Shown here one piece after another: positions 12,330 through 27,217 of a stretch of DNA of 64,000 nucleotides. This stretch comes from Takakia lepidozioides. Lineage: Eukaryota; Plantae; Bryophyta. The notes under the pieces were generated by a model. That model was not told where the DNA came from, did no database searches, and saw only the letters and a program-made list of their open reading frames with translations. The number at the start of each line of letters is the position of its first letter. Position 1 is the stretch's first letter. The stretch lies in the NCBI GenBank assembly GCA_030704615.1, contig CM060734.1, forward strand, positions 5,766,001-5,830,000, in the 5' to 3' direction. A program made the translations under genes and the position numbers.

Positions 12330-12853
12330 GGAAAAATGGCGCCGAATTTCCCTATTTTGGGCCAAAAACTGGCTAAGTCCCAACATGTACGGGAACGATG
12401 TCTGAAAAAATGGCGCCGAATTTCCAGTTACATGGCCCAGAACTGCCCGGCACCATGTACCCAAATTCGGCGCCACATTTTCAAATTTTGGGCTTACACT
12501 TCAATCAAGTTGGGACCTATAACCGCGAAATTCGGCACCATTTTTTGCCGGAGACACCTATTACTGCGCAATACGTCGCCGATTTCTCCGCTTGCGGAAC
12601 CTATTACCGCGAAATTCGGCGCCATTTTTGCATATGTCGCTCGGAATTCGCATGAGCGGAAGACGAAATATCATGAGCACTGCTCTCAAAACTACAATTT
12701 CTACTTCAAACAATGAATATTATATTGGTTTTTTCTGACACATTCCATTAAAATAATATTTTTAATATTTTTTATTTCCAAAATTTGTACTTCTGCTCAT
12801 GAAAACCGATTGTCTTACTACTCCGCTCATGCTCATGAAATAGCTAACCTCTG
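12330..12853. repeat. Subterminal repeats and candidate right terminus of the DNA transposon
   Basis: aaatggcgccgaattt occurs direct (12335, 12408) and inverted (12463, 12528, 12612), followed by repeated ctcatg/catgag motifs. The core is related to the motifs at 1396-2312 and 3571-3590. The partner TIR and TSD are not visible in the window. Confidence 0.55.
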
Positions 12854-13860
12854 CGAGGAAGGAAGGATATCGTGTAGAGGCCATTGATGCCCTCTCTTAG
12901 ATTCTGATTCATCCAAACACTTACACATCCGTTACACAGTACACAGGAGTAACACTTTTCAAAGAACACCAGCCGCCCTAAGCTTCGTGCTGATCCCTTT
13001 TATAAACGAAGGCTCATGATCTTATCCAACAGAATGGCAAGCCCTGATTGGCTGCTTGGATTCCAGCCAGGTGCCCATCCAGATAGGATGCCACCTCTTC
13101 TAACTTAGAGATAAACTAGCTGTTAGCATAAGACATTCCTGTTTGTAAATAGATCTGTCAGTGGGGTTCATCCATACTTTCCCCAACGGCCATTCATCCA
13201 CCTTTATTATTGTACGTTCACCAAGATGTCGAAAAAACAGGCAGAGGGAATCTAGCCATTACAACCTCATATATATATTTTCCCCTTGTACTTTTTTTTG
13301 TTTTTCCCCTGCATGCTTTATTTCCCCTCGAAGTCTTTTTTGTTTTTGCCCTATATGATTAACTTTCCCATTATGGCTTTTCCCCTTTCCCCAATGAATC
13401 TTCCCTAGGTGCTTTCCACTGGTGTCCTCATTTCCCCACGACTATCCCCTGTTATTTCTTCCTTCTACTGTGCTAATTGCACCAAGTATATGTAAGAATC
13501 ATGCATATGCCACCATGCAATCATGTAAGAATCATGCACATGCAATTGTATGCAAGAATCACTTCATTCCATTGAATAATGTGCGTCCCATCCATTTTAG
13601 ATCTAGAGCAATGTGTGAGTAGTTTACAGTAGAGCTTCCAGCTCTAACCGGAATGTGGTAATGCCGAGTCCACATCCATACCCTGTAGGTTAGCATGCTT
13701 CCACCATTTTGCTGCACCTCAGCTGACAAATGCATGTCCAACTCAGTTTCTGAGAACTTCAATATTATATCTGTTTGTTGTCATGCTGATGTCTTTCCCC
13801 AAGCTGGTCCTGCTATAGCCATCCTCCAATGTAAAAATTGCAGGATAAGAAAGAAGCAGC

Positions 13861-14938
13861 TTACTCTAGCAACTGTTTGGCAAGTGTAGATGACTTCTTT
13901 TCACGAATAGAAAACACACAGCTTTGGCTCCAAGACCTTAATCCAATCCCCAAAGCCACAGAAGGTTGCCTCTCCACCAGCTGACAAGGCTTGGGCTGGC
14001 ATTCATCTTGGATGAATGTTGCTGAAGCTGCTGCAGCTGCCACTAGTGCCGCTGCAGCCTCATCTACTTCTCGTTTCTCACGTGCCTTCCCTGCCTGCGA
14101 ATAGCTGACCCCCACGAATGGTCGTGAGGTTACACCAAAAAGCTGCGACTAACATAGTCCAGCCATCTATTGACAAAATTCACTCAATACTCTTATATCA
14201 CAGCACATTCATGCAGGGACGTGTAATTGCCTCAGACAACTTCCGCGAAAACCTTGGTACTATAAGGAGGAAGAAAGAATTTAGACAACAAAAATGATAT
14301 CATGAACAAACTTGCAACGTATTCCGACGACTTCAAGTTTCACCTAGTTGTTACTGCAGAAACAAGATAGTGCTTGAAGGTAGCATACCTGGCCCGACCT
14401 CAATATGTTAGTAGGTCATGCGTCTGCACTGATCCATCATGTAATTGATTTTTGGTGCGAAATGTGCAGCTTGATCTCTTTGATATTTGCGGAGAAGCCT
14501 CAATTATCACCTTTATCCCAGTACCATAACTCATACGACACCAATACAAAACTTGCATGACATGCTGCTTCGTAGTGCACCGGTAGTCATTCTAAGAGCG
14601 CAGTGTCTATGCTGGCTCTGATCTGTAGGTTCCAAAGGTTCTGAAACCAACCACTAACACTTCCAAACTTACTTGCAACGAAGCACATAAACGTTAGTGG
14701 ACAGCCCAACGCATCCCTTCCGGCTTCTGAAATGCTTCAATACACGCTCCTTCAGAGCGAGACCTACACACAATGTGGAAACTACCTTGGATGCGGCATC
14801 GTCTGTGCCGAAATCGCCGGTCTTGGAGATCCCATCCAGGTCACCCTCCAAATCACCTTCCATTTCTTCCGGGATCTTGCCCCCATACACTTCGTGCTCC
14901 TCACGAATGAAGTTGATTTGCGCAGCGGCAACACCGAC
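13861..14938 (-). pseudogene. Possible degenerate spliced gene of unknown function
   Basis: Protein-like segments (VGVAAAQINFIREEHEVYGGKIPEEMEG...; LRLLRKYQRDQAAHFAPKINYMMDQC; AREKREVDEAAAAL) are bounded by plausible splice sites, but contain stops and a frameshift. No family was recognised. Confidence 0.25.
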
Positions 14939-17900
14939 CTTGCAGACACAACCCCGCTCACCAAATCTGCTCCTACGCTGCCTCCCTGCTACATGCACGT
15001 TCTCCCTCATTTGAAGCCCTAACACTACATTGGCATGGGGTTTCGGGCACAGTTCGAGGATTTCGTTAGTCACATTCCGTTACCTCTATCGGCGGGGCCG
15101 CTTTCCTGTTAACGGTGCGCAACAATCCGATTGGATACCATATCCGTTAGGTGAAATATATATAACCCCATAGCCTTCATACAGGTAATGTGAGTGTCCC
15201 TTCCAAATCGGCCGAGCGGTTACAAAGAATCGTCCCTTGACATTCTACCTGTGGCTATCGCAGTAACAACAAAAGTGACACTATGTACAGGCGGAGATTT
15301 GCAAAAGAGTAACGTCTGGCTTGATCATTTCAGCCCTTTTTGAGCTCTTCACAAATTGAAGGAAAAGCTCAGAAGCTTCGGAAGCTCAGAAGCTTGTACT
15401 GGTCAGTGATCTCTGTGGAACCCAGGCCTCTCAATTTGTTATTAATGTCACCCCTGCAGCAGGTCATACCAGCAAAGAGAGGTGAGGGAGGTCCTTTTAG
15501 CCATTTCAGCCAGCAGTAGGTACACAACTCAGCAGTACCTATTTGAGCCCATGCTCAAGAGGGAGGCGGTGGTGGTCTCATGACAGTAAGCACCCATTCC
15601 CCAAAGGAAGGTTTTACTACACCAAGTACGCAAGCAAGGGCACATATATAGGTAGGGAAGTTCACTTGGCTCTGAAAGATCCTTTCATGCCAATTTCTTC
15701 CACTCTCACTGGCCAATGCCGTTGCATCTTCACTCTGTCCTTCAGGTCTTCATCCCTAGAATTCATCCCTCTCCCTCTTGCCCTGCCATGGATTAAAAGA
15801 GTACATGTAAGAGCCTTAAATTCGGTTTTGCACAATTATCTAGTGCAATAAGAGCATGCACTGGACTAAAGCACAGCTCTTAAACTATTCTAGAGGGTGC
15901 CGCTTTCAAGGGTGCAGATCTATGATAGCATCAAGAGAATGCTCAAAAGCCAACAAGCCTGAGATTTGCAGCAGAAATCAATCAAAATTGGAGCCAAAGT
16001 AGATAGTGAAACATGTCTTTACACTAAGAAGTTGCAGTTGCAGTCGCAACTTCCTTCCAACCGCCAGCCACATTGAGCTCAGATCGACGTCAAATTGCTA
16101 CATCTGAGGTCAGGAGCAAATCGAGAGAGATGACCTGCAGGGGAGGGGCATGCTTCACACTTCTAGACTTTCATTGTTCGATTTCATCAACATCCAACCG
16201 TTGTAGAGGGATTAGAGTGGGAGGCCGCGGCCCTGTGAGGGCCTTATGGTCCTTTAGGGGTTAAAGTCCAACCAGTGGGTATATTGGCTGGGTAGTATTA
16301 ATCTTGTCTGATTCCTTGGGATTCAGTCCCTGCCACTGTTTCGTAGGAAATTTCCTCCTCAGAGGATGTTTGGATCGTAGAACACTTACTACAGTGTGTG
16401 TGCCTTATGGTGTTAAAAGGGATTTTAATTTTTTTCCCCGAATAATCCCAAATAATCTGTAAGGGCTTCGCCCTCCAGTTTTCTTTTTATAATAAAGCTA
16501 TTCAGCGATACAATCCCCCTGTCTCAAAAAAAAAAAACCTAATAAAGCTCCAGGGGCACCGTCCCCTTTCTCTAGAAAATAATAATAATAATAATAATAA
16601 AGTAGAAAAACAAAAATAAATTAAAAATTAAAAATAAAATAGAAAAGCTGGAGGGGAAGACTAAGGGGAAATTCCCGTAGGATTTAGGAACTCGCACTGG
16701 CACAGACTGATATGGCACCCGATCGACCCACCGCAATGCTGATCGACAATGCAAGTGCGAACACAGGTGAATAGTTAACAATCGCAGGCAACTCCTGCAT
16801 GACTTTGTCTTCTTGATGACGGCCCATCTCCAGTTTATGGAGCTAAGTCCTTGCATTGTGTGAGCTCTGGAATTGTGGCCAGCAGTATAGAATTGCAATT
16901 GCAATATGTCGTGTGAGTTGTGAGCTGTTATGTGTGTCTGTATGATCCGCATGCTCGATCTCTCTCTTTTTGGCAATGTATGACACATGCGCATGTTGAA
17001 TGATGTCTTCGGTAGCCGTAACCTACCTTTTCCTTGGGATAGAGGATATTGAATTACCGCATATATTTCGGCCGTGGATGCTTTGGCTGGTGCACTGTCC
17101 TCATGTCACCTGCTACCATTCATAGACAGACAACGGCAGAAGATACGTTTTTTGTAGTGTTGTTGGGTATGCCCAAGTGCTGCTATAGGAGAACCGCCCA
17201 GTGAAGTTGAAAAGTACATAGCATTTATCTGTCAGATGTGAATGCAAGACGGCTGAATGCTGTGTACCTGTTGCTGTCTGCATGCATCAAACCCTAATAC
17301 CTCACCACCACTTCGTTGAAAATCCTTCCTCAAATCTCAGTGCAGTAGTTTGCAAAATGGTCTATATGTAGGTATCGTTGTCTTCTCCAGACTGAATTAT
17401 GAAAGGCTCCGCTTCAAATAAATTTGAGTGGAACTAAACACATTTTGTAGGCAAATCTGCGAAGAATTGGATCGTGTGAACTAGCAAAGAGTATCAGATG
17501 ATGGAGGATTTACATTGGAGACAACAGATTGGGAAGACTTGGACACAGCTTCCATTGTTTCCATTGTGGCCTGGTTAGAAAGGCCATGTGATAGGCAGGC
17601 ACAATGCTCAGAACTTAGTTTCACTGGTAGTTAGTGTGGTTGTTTTTTGGGTTATCAAAAGAGGTGCCCATACATTGTCTGCAGGTTGACCACTTGTTGC
17701 ACTGAGCAGCCTTGGGCACTTTGTCACGCTCAAGTTATTGACATGCCCTAGATAACTCTGCAGGTTTAATTGCATTGTTGATTAATGGTGCATTTTTTTT
17801 GTGGAAGGAATGGAGGCCCTTTTGATGAGCCGGTCATAAGTAGCATGTCCTTGGGTCCTTTGCCGCCGCAACCTCTCCAGAGAGGGGAGCGATGGCTATT

Positions 17901-20277
17901 GTGTTTACAATGTATTTTTTGAAAATGGCGCTTGCCCTAAAAGTACGAGGCATGTACGAGACAATATAGGGAATGGATCTGCCAGGTGTATGAAGCCGCT
18001 ATCTTCTTCCCGCTCACATCGCCTCGAGCCCCGCCACCCTCTCCCGTTCCTTCGAGAGATCCCTTGCTTCACACTGTTCCGTGGCATGTCTCTATGATCT
18101 CTATAGCTTCAAGTTTTTCTTCCTTACTTTTGGCTTAGGCATTTTAAGGGTGTATGGAACCTGCGTTATTGTAGATCTGTGAGTTCTTTGCATTTCTGAT
18201 GAGCGCTACCTACTTTAGTACCTTGTTTTTTGATTGCATGTGGATTTGCACTTTGCTACTATCTAGCCTTGTATCTCACTTTGATGCTGTGCAGCTGGAG
18301 TAGAGCTAGTGCGGCAGATTGCTTTCATTTTGAATTTGAAAGCAAAGAACTTGGAGGCCATGGCATTCCCTCCAGGGGCCACACAGATTGTAATGGCTTG
18401 GGCTATTGGAATTGGGGCTACTAAAGATCAAGCATTAAGGTGTGCCAAGTGCTTGAACACTAAGCATTTGGTGTCTTTGCCAAAACCCCAGCGGAAGTTT
18501 AAGTGGCCTATGTTGTTGAAATACAGCCTTGTATTTTCTTTTCATACCTTCTGGTTACACCAGTTACCTCTCTATGTTTAGAGGATAGAAGAACATATTC
18601 TTGGATGCTTTGTGAAATGCTCTAAAGTTTATATCTGAACTCGTCCGCTATATGTATCATGCCTGTAGGTAGTGAGGGCATGTGCATGACACTCAGTTTA
18701 ATTTTGGCGTGAAAGTAATAAGCATGCAGACCAGCTAAGACTTTTGAGGTGGCCTACATTCAAAGCATGGGCCTGAAGATCTAGTGTTAGAAGATCAGTA
18801 CATACTCTAACACAAGATCTTCAAGTGCATGCATTGGATAAGGCTTCACAGGTAAAGACATCAGCGAAAAAATTTACAAAGAGGTTTCTGGTGACATCCT
18901 CAAATCTGTAATTGTATCAGATGTCATTCACGACACTACCCTCATGTCTATATATGCTGAACGGAGCTGTCCCATTTGACAGATTGATTACCTTCGGGAT
19001 ATTACATGTTCATATGTAAAGGGGGCAACACTTGGTGCCTGGGCATGCCAGTGGGTTCAACTCCCACTTGGGTCTTGCACTGAACTTGTATTCACTTTGC
19101 AAAGAAGCCTTCCCCTTTTGGTTGCACTTGGAATTTTTTATATGAACTCGCAAACAATACACACAACTTTGACCAACATTTTAAGACTTAGGCATGTTTC
19201 TCTCCAACGTTTAAATCACAAATTTGGTGTGTTCCCCAAATGTGGCCACGGACTATATTTGGTTAGAGACATGAATTGGGGTTTAGCCAAAATTCTCTGT
19301 TTTTACTATTTCTGATTTAGAAAAGCTTATAGGGGGATGGTATGCAAATTTGGCAGTCTTGCCATAGTTGATCATAGCTACTTTGCTTTTAGCAAGGGTG
19401 GCTATTGGCGGGCAAAAGTAGAATAGCCAGAAATATTGTTCACAACTTCACTACCCCATCCAGGTCAGGTACAAAGGAGGCCCCATCAAATCTGCATATT
19501 TTGAAGTGAAAATTTTCATACATATGCTTGACTTGATTATGGACTAGAATCCATTCCCAATTTCCCATGTTTTTTGGAAAATATTTCCGTGGTTTATTTT
19601 GCCATCCAACATTTGACAGAGCCAGCTATGTTGATTTCACCATTGGCCCAAGATCAAACTTTATAATCTCGGAAATCCAACGGTGGTTTCCTGTTTTTTT
19701 TTCGGCATTGGATGCGGAAGGTAGGTGGGCATCCAACCCTCCGGTGGACAAGACTGGTTCATCCACAATCTAGAGCTATGGTCCCCAACCTGCTAGGGGG
19801 TCTGGTCTGCCAGGCCAATTTCCAGCCCACCCAAGGGAACTTTAAGGGTTAAAGTTTAGAGGACACTCTCAAAAGACAGAGTGAAGAAGGAACAAGAGAG
19901 ACGATTAAGTCCATTGTCTTTAGTGATCGTTTGAGAGTATTAGGTTTATTTGCGGGGAATTAAAACCCCATTGGAAATTTTAAAATGTCAGACTTTCCCT
20001 GCGAGTTTCCCTCTTATTATAAAGGTCACAGAGGGAATTTTTCAAGGGAAAGTCTAACTTTCCCTCCAACTTCCCCTCTGGAGCCAACGGGGGATTCTTC
20101 AAGGGAATTGTACTTTCCCTTTTTTAGGGCTCTCTAATGAGGGGAAACGCCTTCTCATACCCTCTGTGCCATAGTGGGGAAGTCTCAAAAGCTCCTTGTG
20201 ATATATATATGATCAACATCTGATAGTAAAGACTGAGTACGAAGCACGAGGAGAGAAGGAGGGAGGGAGGGAGGGAT

Positions 20278-23200
20278 ATGGCAGCGGCGTCGCATGTGTC
20301 TCAGCGTAGGGCGGCGCCGGATATGGCCCTTCCGCAAGCAGAAATTAACTGGGATAGGTGATCTTCATCACTCATAGCACGATTCTAATTTTTCACTCTG
20401 TCGGGCTGGTTTCTGATAGTCTTATATTTTTGCAAGTTATTTGAGGATTGGGTTGGTTCTCAGCGTGTTGGAGAATCTACAAGCTTAGGGATTAAGACCA
20501 GCCTGGAGTTTCAATAGTGCTCGTGTACAGCGACAATCCGATCCAGCAACCAGCTGCATTTTTAGTAGCTAGTCGTAAATGCCCGATATCCCTACGCTGA
20601 TCAGCTCAGCTCAATCCTAGTTTTTGTTCGCTGTGATACAGCTAAAATCATTTTTCTTTTCTTCGCTATTGTTTCTGATAGCGATTGCCCTCCACTAACC
20701 GTTTCATTACCTTCATCAGGACTCGATATTACTCGCGTAATAAAATCTCCAAGCTCGTCTTTGGAATCTTTGGACGCTTCCAATTTATTTTCTCTTTTCT
20801 TTTTTGACTTGGCCATTCGAATTAGAGGCTAAAATTCTACTGCGTACACAGAAAGTTGAAGGCTTGATGCTATACCCAGCCAGTTGGCACCTTACCTTTT
20901 GTTGCAGCCTTGCTTCTGCAACCAAGTCTATTTGTATTATCCGATTTGTGAGTAACAAACAGTCAACCTACTATTGCATCAATTGTCTGTGAAAATTAAA
21001 ATGCTTTCAGCTGCATTTGGGCGTGTCCTTTTTTACCTTGAAAATCTCTGTTGGAATTGTTAATAGTGCACATCACAATTTTGAAGCCTTTATGTAATTG
21101 CTGACATTTGACACAACACAAAAAATTAAGAGAAGGAGACTGCATAGCAGGATTTTGAACAGCAATGTGGAATTTGAAGCCTTGATCAATATACCCGGCA
21201 ACTGAGCTGGTCAGCTTTTGTTGCAGCCTCAATTTGTGCAAGTATTTGAGAAATACGAGTGACAAACAGGTCACCTGTTTGGGCATGAATAGTTTTAATT
21301 TGCACTGCTGGTTAAGTTGTAGCCATGGATATATGCTTCTCTTCTCTCAATGGCCAGTATGTGTACATTCATGGTATAGTTCCTTATCATCAAATTATGT
21401 CTATTAGTGTTGTAGGGGGCCTAGTGAGTCTTTTGAACTCCTGCTGACAATTTGGGCAGAGCCCCTTTCTGCATGGATTCAGTCAGGGAAGGCCTGTATG
21501 ATGGAACCATGGGCATTTTTCTTGACTGCTAAAACAATAGAACCACTCTGAGTTCAGAGAGTTCTTTGTAATCCACTGTCATCCAATCAGTCAAGGAAGC
21601 ATGCTGAGTACAAGACTGAGGGGTGTGAAGTGGATTGCAGACTAGACAAGACCAAGTTTTTCTTGGTGGGCGCAGGGCTTTTCTCTGGGGTCTCTGGGTT
21701 CCTCTACCCAATCTCTGTGGTGAAGACAAGAATGCAAGTGGCGAGGGCTGATGCGGTTCACACAACAGCACCATCAATTTTCAGACATGTACTTAGATCT
21801 GAGGGCATTTCAGGCCTCTATAGGGGTTTTGGCCTCGTTATCACTGGGGCAATTCCGAGTAGAATAGTTTTTATGACCACTTTGGAGACCACAAAGGCTT
21901 TCACTTTGAAAATCACGGAAAGGTTGGAGTTACCAGAGACCGCTGGGGCAGCCATAGCCAATGGCACTGCAGGGCTATTGTCATCACTTGCTTCTCAGAC
22001 TGTTTTTGTCCCTCTTGACGTGGTAGGGCAATTGCTTGCATGTTCTGCACCATCCCTGTGGCAGTTGTACTTCTTCAGTTGTTTTCCTTTACCTGCTGAT
22101 AGTTTTTCGAGGTGGAATATGGCATTTTAAATTATGTGTATTTCCTTGGCAGTACTTTGGAGTAGGAGTAGGAGCTTACAAATTCCTAGTCGCTCACTGA
22201 TCTTAATAAAGAAATAAATCAATGACTATTTTGTGTTTTACGTTCAATAGGAATGACTCTTCTACTTAACTCTTCTGTTTTTCACAAAAACTTGCACACA
22301 TAGACTTGGCCAGATGGATATGGGCAAGCACAATCTATGAGTACAATCCACGATATTGCAGGGTAACATCCATCCCTCCATCATTATGTCTTTGATTGTA
22401 GATGACTCTCAGGCTTGAACGAATTGCCAACAGGTGAGTCAGAGACTTATGGTGCAAGGCACGCGAGGAGCGACCAAATATGCTGGAAGCATGGATGCTA
22501 TCCACAAAATTCTGAAAGCTGATGGTATTCGAGGGCTTTATCGGGGATTTGGGATGTCTGTGCTAACTTACTCTCCATCCAGTGCTGTATGGTGGGCTGC
22601 TTATGGATGTAGCCAGCGCCTCATTTGGAGGTGGGTTTTGTCTTTGTTAACATCAAATATGTTAACTGGGGAGAGATATGAAGCCTGCTGGGTTTTGTCT
22701 TCCCATCTCTTCTCGGTTTCATACCCTCTGTATCTCTGTCCTTTCTCTGAATTAAATTGCTACAAGTTTAAATCTCATATTAGTTTGGCCCAACTTGCAG
22801 ATACCTTGGATATGGAGCCGGCAAAGAGAAGGAGCTGCCTAGTCAGGCGGAAGTGGTGTTGGTCCAGGCCTGTGGGGGTGTAGTTGCTGGCGGCACAGCA
22901 GCCATTGCAACGACTCCCATGGATACCATCAAAACCCGTTTGCAGGCATCAATCAATACAACACCATGCTGTTTTACATGAAGTCTTGGACCTGATTAGC
23001 TAATGCCTTTACCCTGCTCAGTGGAGTGGAACATGTATGCTAGGACTTTTTTGCATGCTGATAACGTGTGCACAGGACCGGGGATGGCGTTCGTTGGGAA
23101 CACCCCACTGCATCCTGGTAAACAGGTTTTCACAGGAAGGCGCAGTGGGGCCATCCCCCAAAAATGCAGTGCTAGTCAGACCTACAGTGGGGAAGAGATT

Positions 23201-23878
23201 CTTTCCCCAGCCTTACCTGTCTAAATAGTCTAAAAGTAGGCTCCTGTTCTGGCTTTATGTGAACGTGCTGTAGGGGCATCTAAAACAGATTTGCACCGCC
23301 ATAAGCCAGTTTCTGTTTGCAAGTTAGACAGGGAGCTCCAGGTTGCACAGGTTCTGACAGTTACCATCGTTATATCTCTCTTTTTCAATTGGGTGTACCT
23401 TGAAGTCTGGGACCGTGTAATTTTCTTGTGGTCCTACAGTCGATTTGTTCTCCCCCACAGCTTTGTGTTCTTCTTCCCTTCTACCACACTCAGTGACTTC
23501 CATAGACTGGCGCAGGTGATGGTAAACGAAGGGGAGGGCCGACCCACCATAAAGGAGATAGTGAAACAGCTCCTCAGGGATGATGGCTGGCGGGGATTTT
23601 ACAAAGGGTTGGGCCCACGCTTCCTCAGCATGTCTCTTTGGGGCACCTCCATGATTACCACTTATGAGTTTCTTAGTATGTTGCATTGCCCCCACTATAT
23701 TGGGCTGCTCTCTTCTGACCGTTCTATGACTGTTTCGGACTGATGTTACTTTTATCTTCTGTTTTCAGATTTGCAATATAATTCAGTGTTTGGACAGCTG
23801 GATGAAGGTGCCTAACCAGTGTGTTCTCTGTTGAATATGGTGGATGCAGAACGGCTATCTGTCAAGCAGGATACTTGA
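20278..23878 (+). CDS. Mitochondrial substrate carrier family protein (SLC25A44-like); exons 20278-20357, 21641-22022, 22434-22630, 22801-22945, 23516-23675, 23850-23878
   Basis: The N-terminus reads EINWDRLDKTKFF. Three carrier signatures are present (PISVVKTRMQ, PLDVVSQRLM, PMDTIKTRLQ), plus GLYRGFG and GFYKGLGPRF. Exon phases are consistent and the CDS ends KRLSVKQDT*. Confidence 0.92.
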
Positions 23879-25199
23879 CATTCCTTAATGGGTCAAGTGA
23901 GAGCTTCTCACTATGCAGCTGTGTTCTAGTAGCATGTCTGAGTTGAGTGTAGTGTTAGATACTCTACGAGGGAGGCTTATGTTATCCAACAGAATCTGGC
24001 TTTTCATTAGCATTCATTGAAGACACCTGCTTAGCGTAATAACAACCCACGAAATTCAAGTTGGATATATTCATATTATTTTGTGGCTTTCCCAAGAAAG
24101 CTCTGCCACTCTTCTTATTCATGCCTCTAGACTATGGCTATCCTGCTCTTGTCCTCATATACAGATATACGCTAAGAGTTGTCCAGAGCAGTGGTAGGAG
24201 AAGACAAAATTCATTACACTCGATGGATGGTGGGCGGGTTTAGATTGGTAGTGGAGGAATTTTGAAGACTAGTTTTTCTTCAAGCCTCTGTTATTGATAT
24301 CAATTGTTGAGGTATTACCCGTGGCTCTCCTCTCTTGTTCTCTCCCTGTTTTAAAAGAACGCGTATGTTTATGCTTTTCGGCATCGGATCCATTCATAAG
24401 TTTATTTGTCTCTGCTATGTTCTTCATTTTGTGACATGAGTACATAGCAACAATATAGCAGATTCGTGCAGATCCTTAGAATTGAGTAACTTCATATTTT
24501 GTCTGTCCTCTCCTAAAATTTTGACCATCAGATTGTCCTGCCCTTGTATCGGGCAGCTAGCTCTGCTTTGGGATGTAGAGATTTTGGTCATGGAACAACA
24601 TGAGGAATCTCGGAGCACAGCAGATGTTCAAAGAGATCGAAATCACTTAGACAGTCTTCTTATTAAAATTGCTGTCATTGTTTATCATAATCCTCCAACT
24701 CTTTCATTCTGTGTTGGAGAATGAAAGAGTTGGACTGTTTTTCTTCTTTAAGTCTTGGATTTACTAACCATGTCTACTTTTCCCTTGCAAGTTGGTTATG
24801 GGATTCGAGAGTAGGCTAAGTACAATGTAACAACCATGCCGTTAGTTGGGCTGAAGGTTATCAGGGACAATCTGTACATGTCTAAAGGGACATGAAAAAC
24901 GGGAAATATTTGTTTCCAACTGTCATGCTTTCAGGATTTCCAAATGCCCTTGTTTTGTCTCTTTAGGACAAATCTTCCAGGGTCTGACCTTAAACCTATG
25001 TCCGCTTTTGTAGAACACCAGAATGTGAGCCTGTCTGCACTCATCAATTTATTTTCACTTGCCAAATGATATGGCAGATTATAAATGTTTGCTACCTCAA
25101 GGTGAAGGTGAAATGAAGGTCACACTTATGTTTACAGCATTGTTCTTTTAGTCCATTCTCTTGATTCCCTTTTTACCCAATGATTTTTTTGTTGCTGTC

Positions 25200-27020
25200 C
25201 TGACAGTGAAGGGGGTTTAGTTAGGGGAGGATCCAATCAGCCAACCAAAAGCATTTTGTTTTGTTGAAGCTTTCTTTGGCAAGCTTATGCACCTTCTAAA
25301 TGTCGCCTTCTGAGCTCTTTCTCCAGGTCTTTCTTGATAGATCGATTGGTACGAAGGGTTGTCTTAGAGTCATTCAGAGTTTCTTCCTCAATTCTGTCTT
25401 CTCCATCTTCCTTCTCAGCGACCTTGAAACATTCTCGCCTTATTGATTATCCCAGGGACATTGGTCTATCAAAGTCTTCCATGAAAGACTGACTGAAAGA
25501 CATCGTACCTGTGCAGGATGTTTCTCAATCTTGTCTTGTCCACCATTCCACTCCAGTCTGGCAAAGAAGCTGGCGCCATGTAAATTGTCTCTCAGGCATG
25601 AGGGACTTTGGGGCAGAGGAGAGACACATATGTCAGTTTTATCTTCCAAGGCTGTTGGGAATGAAGCTTCCTACTCAGGATGTTTGGTTGCTGCCTCTCT
25701 GAATCTTGGGCAATTCTGTAGGAATTCTCCAAGACAGTCCTGGAGGTTACAGTTGCTAGGGAACTTTCAGCTTTCTTCAGTGCTTGCTTTTCTTTTCATA
25801 GCCTCCTCCAACATACTACGGTTCGCTCCAGCCTGGATTTGAGTGAGGTCGCCTCGGTCTTGGGCTGGGCAGAAACCTTGCTTAAGACCCAAGCTGCCTT
25901 GGATAGCTGGGGGCCCAGTAGAGGCTTGGCCCAAATTTCCAGTTTTGCCTACTGCTGGCTCTTTTGGAAGAGGTTCGTAGCCCCTAATGCTACAGCTTCC
26001 AATGGCAACTTAGAAATATCTGCAAGCATGTGAATGTGTCGATAAGTTTCAGTACAAAGCTCTGTCACTAAGAGTTCTGAGACGTGACGTGACCTGAGCT
26101 CTGGAGTTGACGATGCAAAGTTATGTACTCATCTTTTCCCCTCGCAATAACCAGTTGACACAATACTTCAGCTTGAGGGCTGCCTCCTTAGACTGCCTAG
26201 GTGCACAAAGATTGCATGTAGCACGGGCATAAGATTGGACATAGTTTGAGGACCCTCTTTATCCTCTTCCAGTAATTTTTGGAAAACAGCCAAGCATTTT
26301 ACTAGATTCCTTTCCTTCAGAGCAATGGAGTCTGCCAACTGTTTGGAGAGCTTCTGGCATATCGATCTAGGCTCCCGCAGCTTTACCAAGAAGTGGTGAT
26401 TAGGAGAAACAAAACTCCAACCTGCAGACTCCCAGCAGGAGCTAATATCAGCAACCATTGTTGGGATTGATAAGAGACTGGGATTAAGCGTAACATAACC
26501 TCTTCCTTCAACTCTACGTCATGGATACCCAAGTTAAAGCCACCTCCAAGTGGTCAAATTCAGGAAAAGCAGGACCCATCGGCGATGAGCACGACCAAGG
26601 TAATAAAACTGAAGAGCAATAGATTTGGTCCAATCTAGTCATCCGTAGACCAGGGGGCGCTCGGTTATTGGACCACGAGAACTGAAAAAAAGATTCTGCT
26701 GACTAGGGATGGATGCATCCAAAAACCATACGGACAAACAAATGGCTTCCCAGGAGTACCGTTCTTCCAGGGAGAGTGTGTGATCTGCAAAACCTGAGTG
26801 ATCATCAGTCAACTGAATCATGTTGAAATCACCTGCCATCACCCAGTGGTCAATATTTTGACAAAATCTTAACTTTCAACAAGTCCCAAAGCTCAATTCC
26901 CTCTGCAGAAACATTGGGAGCATATTTATTAACTAAACCAACCAGCCCATTGGTGCCAAGAGAACACAAACATGCAAATTGGACTCTGCCTTGCACCCAG
27001 ACATCCACATTTGAGATAGA
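25200..27020 (-). mobile_element. Degenerate L1-like LINE ORF2 fragment (APE endonuclease region)
   Basis: APE motifs LVNKYAPN and WVMAGDFNMI at about 26810-26940, with many stops. Boundaries are approximate. Confidence 0.65.
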
Positions 27021-27143
27021 TCCAGTCAGGGAGGGGGGGGGGGGGGGCAAGATTGCAGTCCCTCCCTTGGCATCCACAAAAGTGCGATTCCACCACGCTG
27101 CTTGAAAAGGCCACATGGAGCCTCCTAATGCTGCGAATTTCGT

Positions 27144-27217
27144 GTGATGAAGGATTCATATACCCAGTAAAGACACCACAATGGTTATCACCCATTGTAA
27201 TAGTGCCCAAGAAAAAT
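27144..27217 (+). mobile_element. Short Ty3/Gypsy RT N-terminal fragment
   Basis: GFIYPVKTPQWLSPIVIVPKKN matches the Gypsy GxIxP...W.SP.V.VPKK motif. Confidence 0.6.

Noticed and set aside
12873-13160. Possible solo LTR (TG...CA with a TATA-like box)
   Set aside because: No TSD or second copy is present in the window.
19960-20199. ttccc/gggaa-rich block ending CCTTGTG just upstream of the carrier ATG (similar blocks near 13150-13470 and 16570-16690)
   Set aside because: Probably DNA-transposon remnants, but no paired TIR or TSD could be defined.
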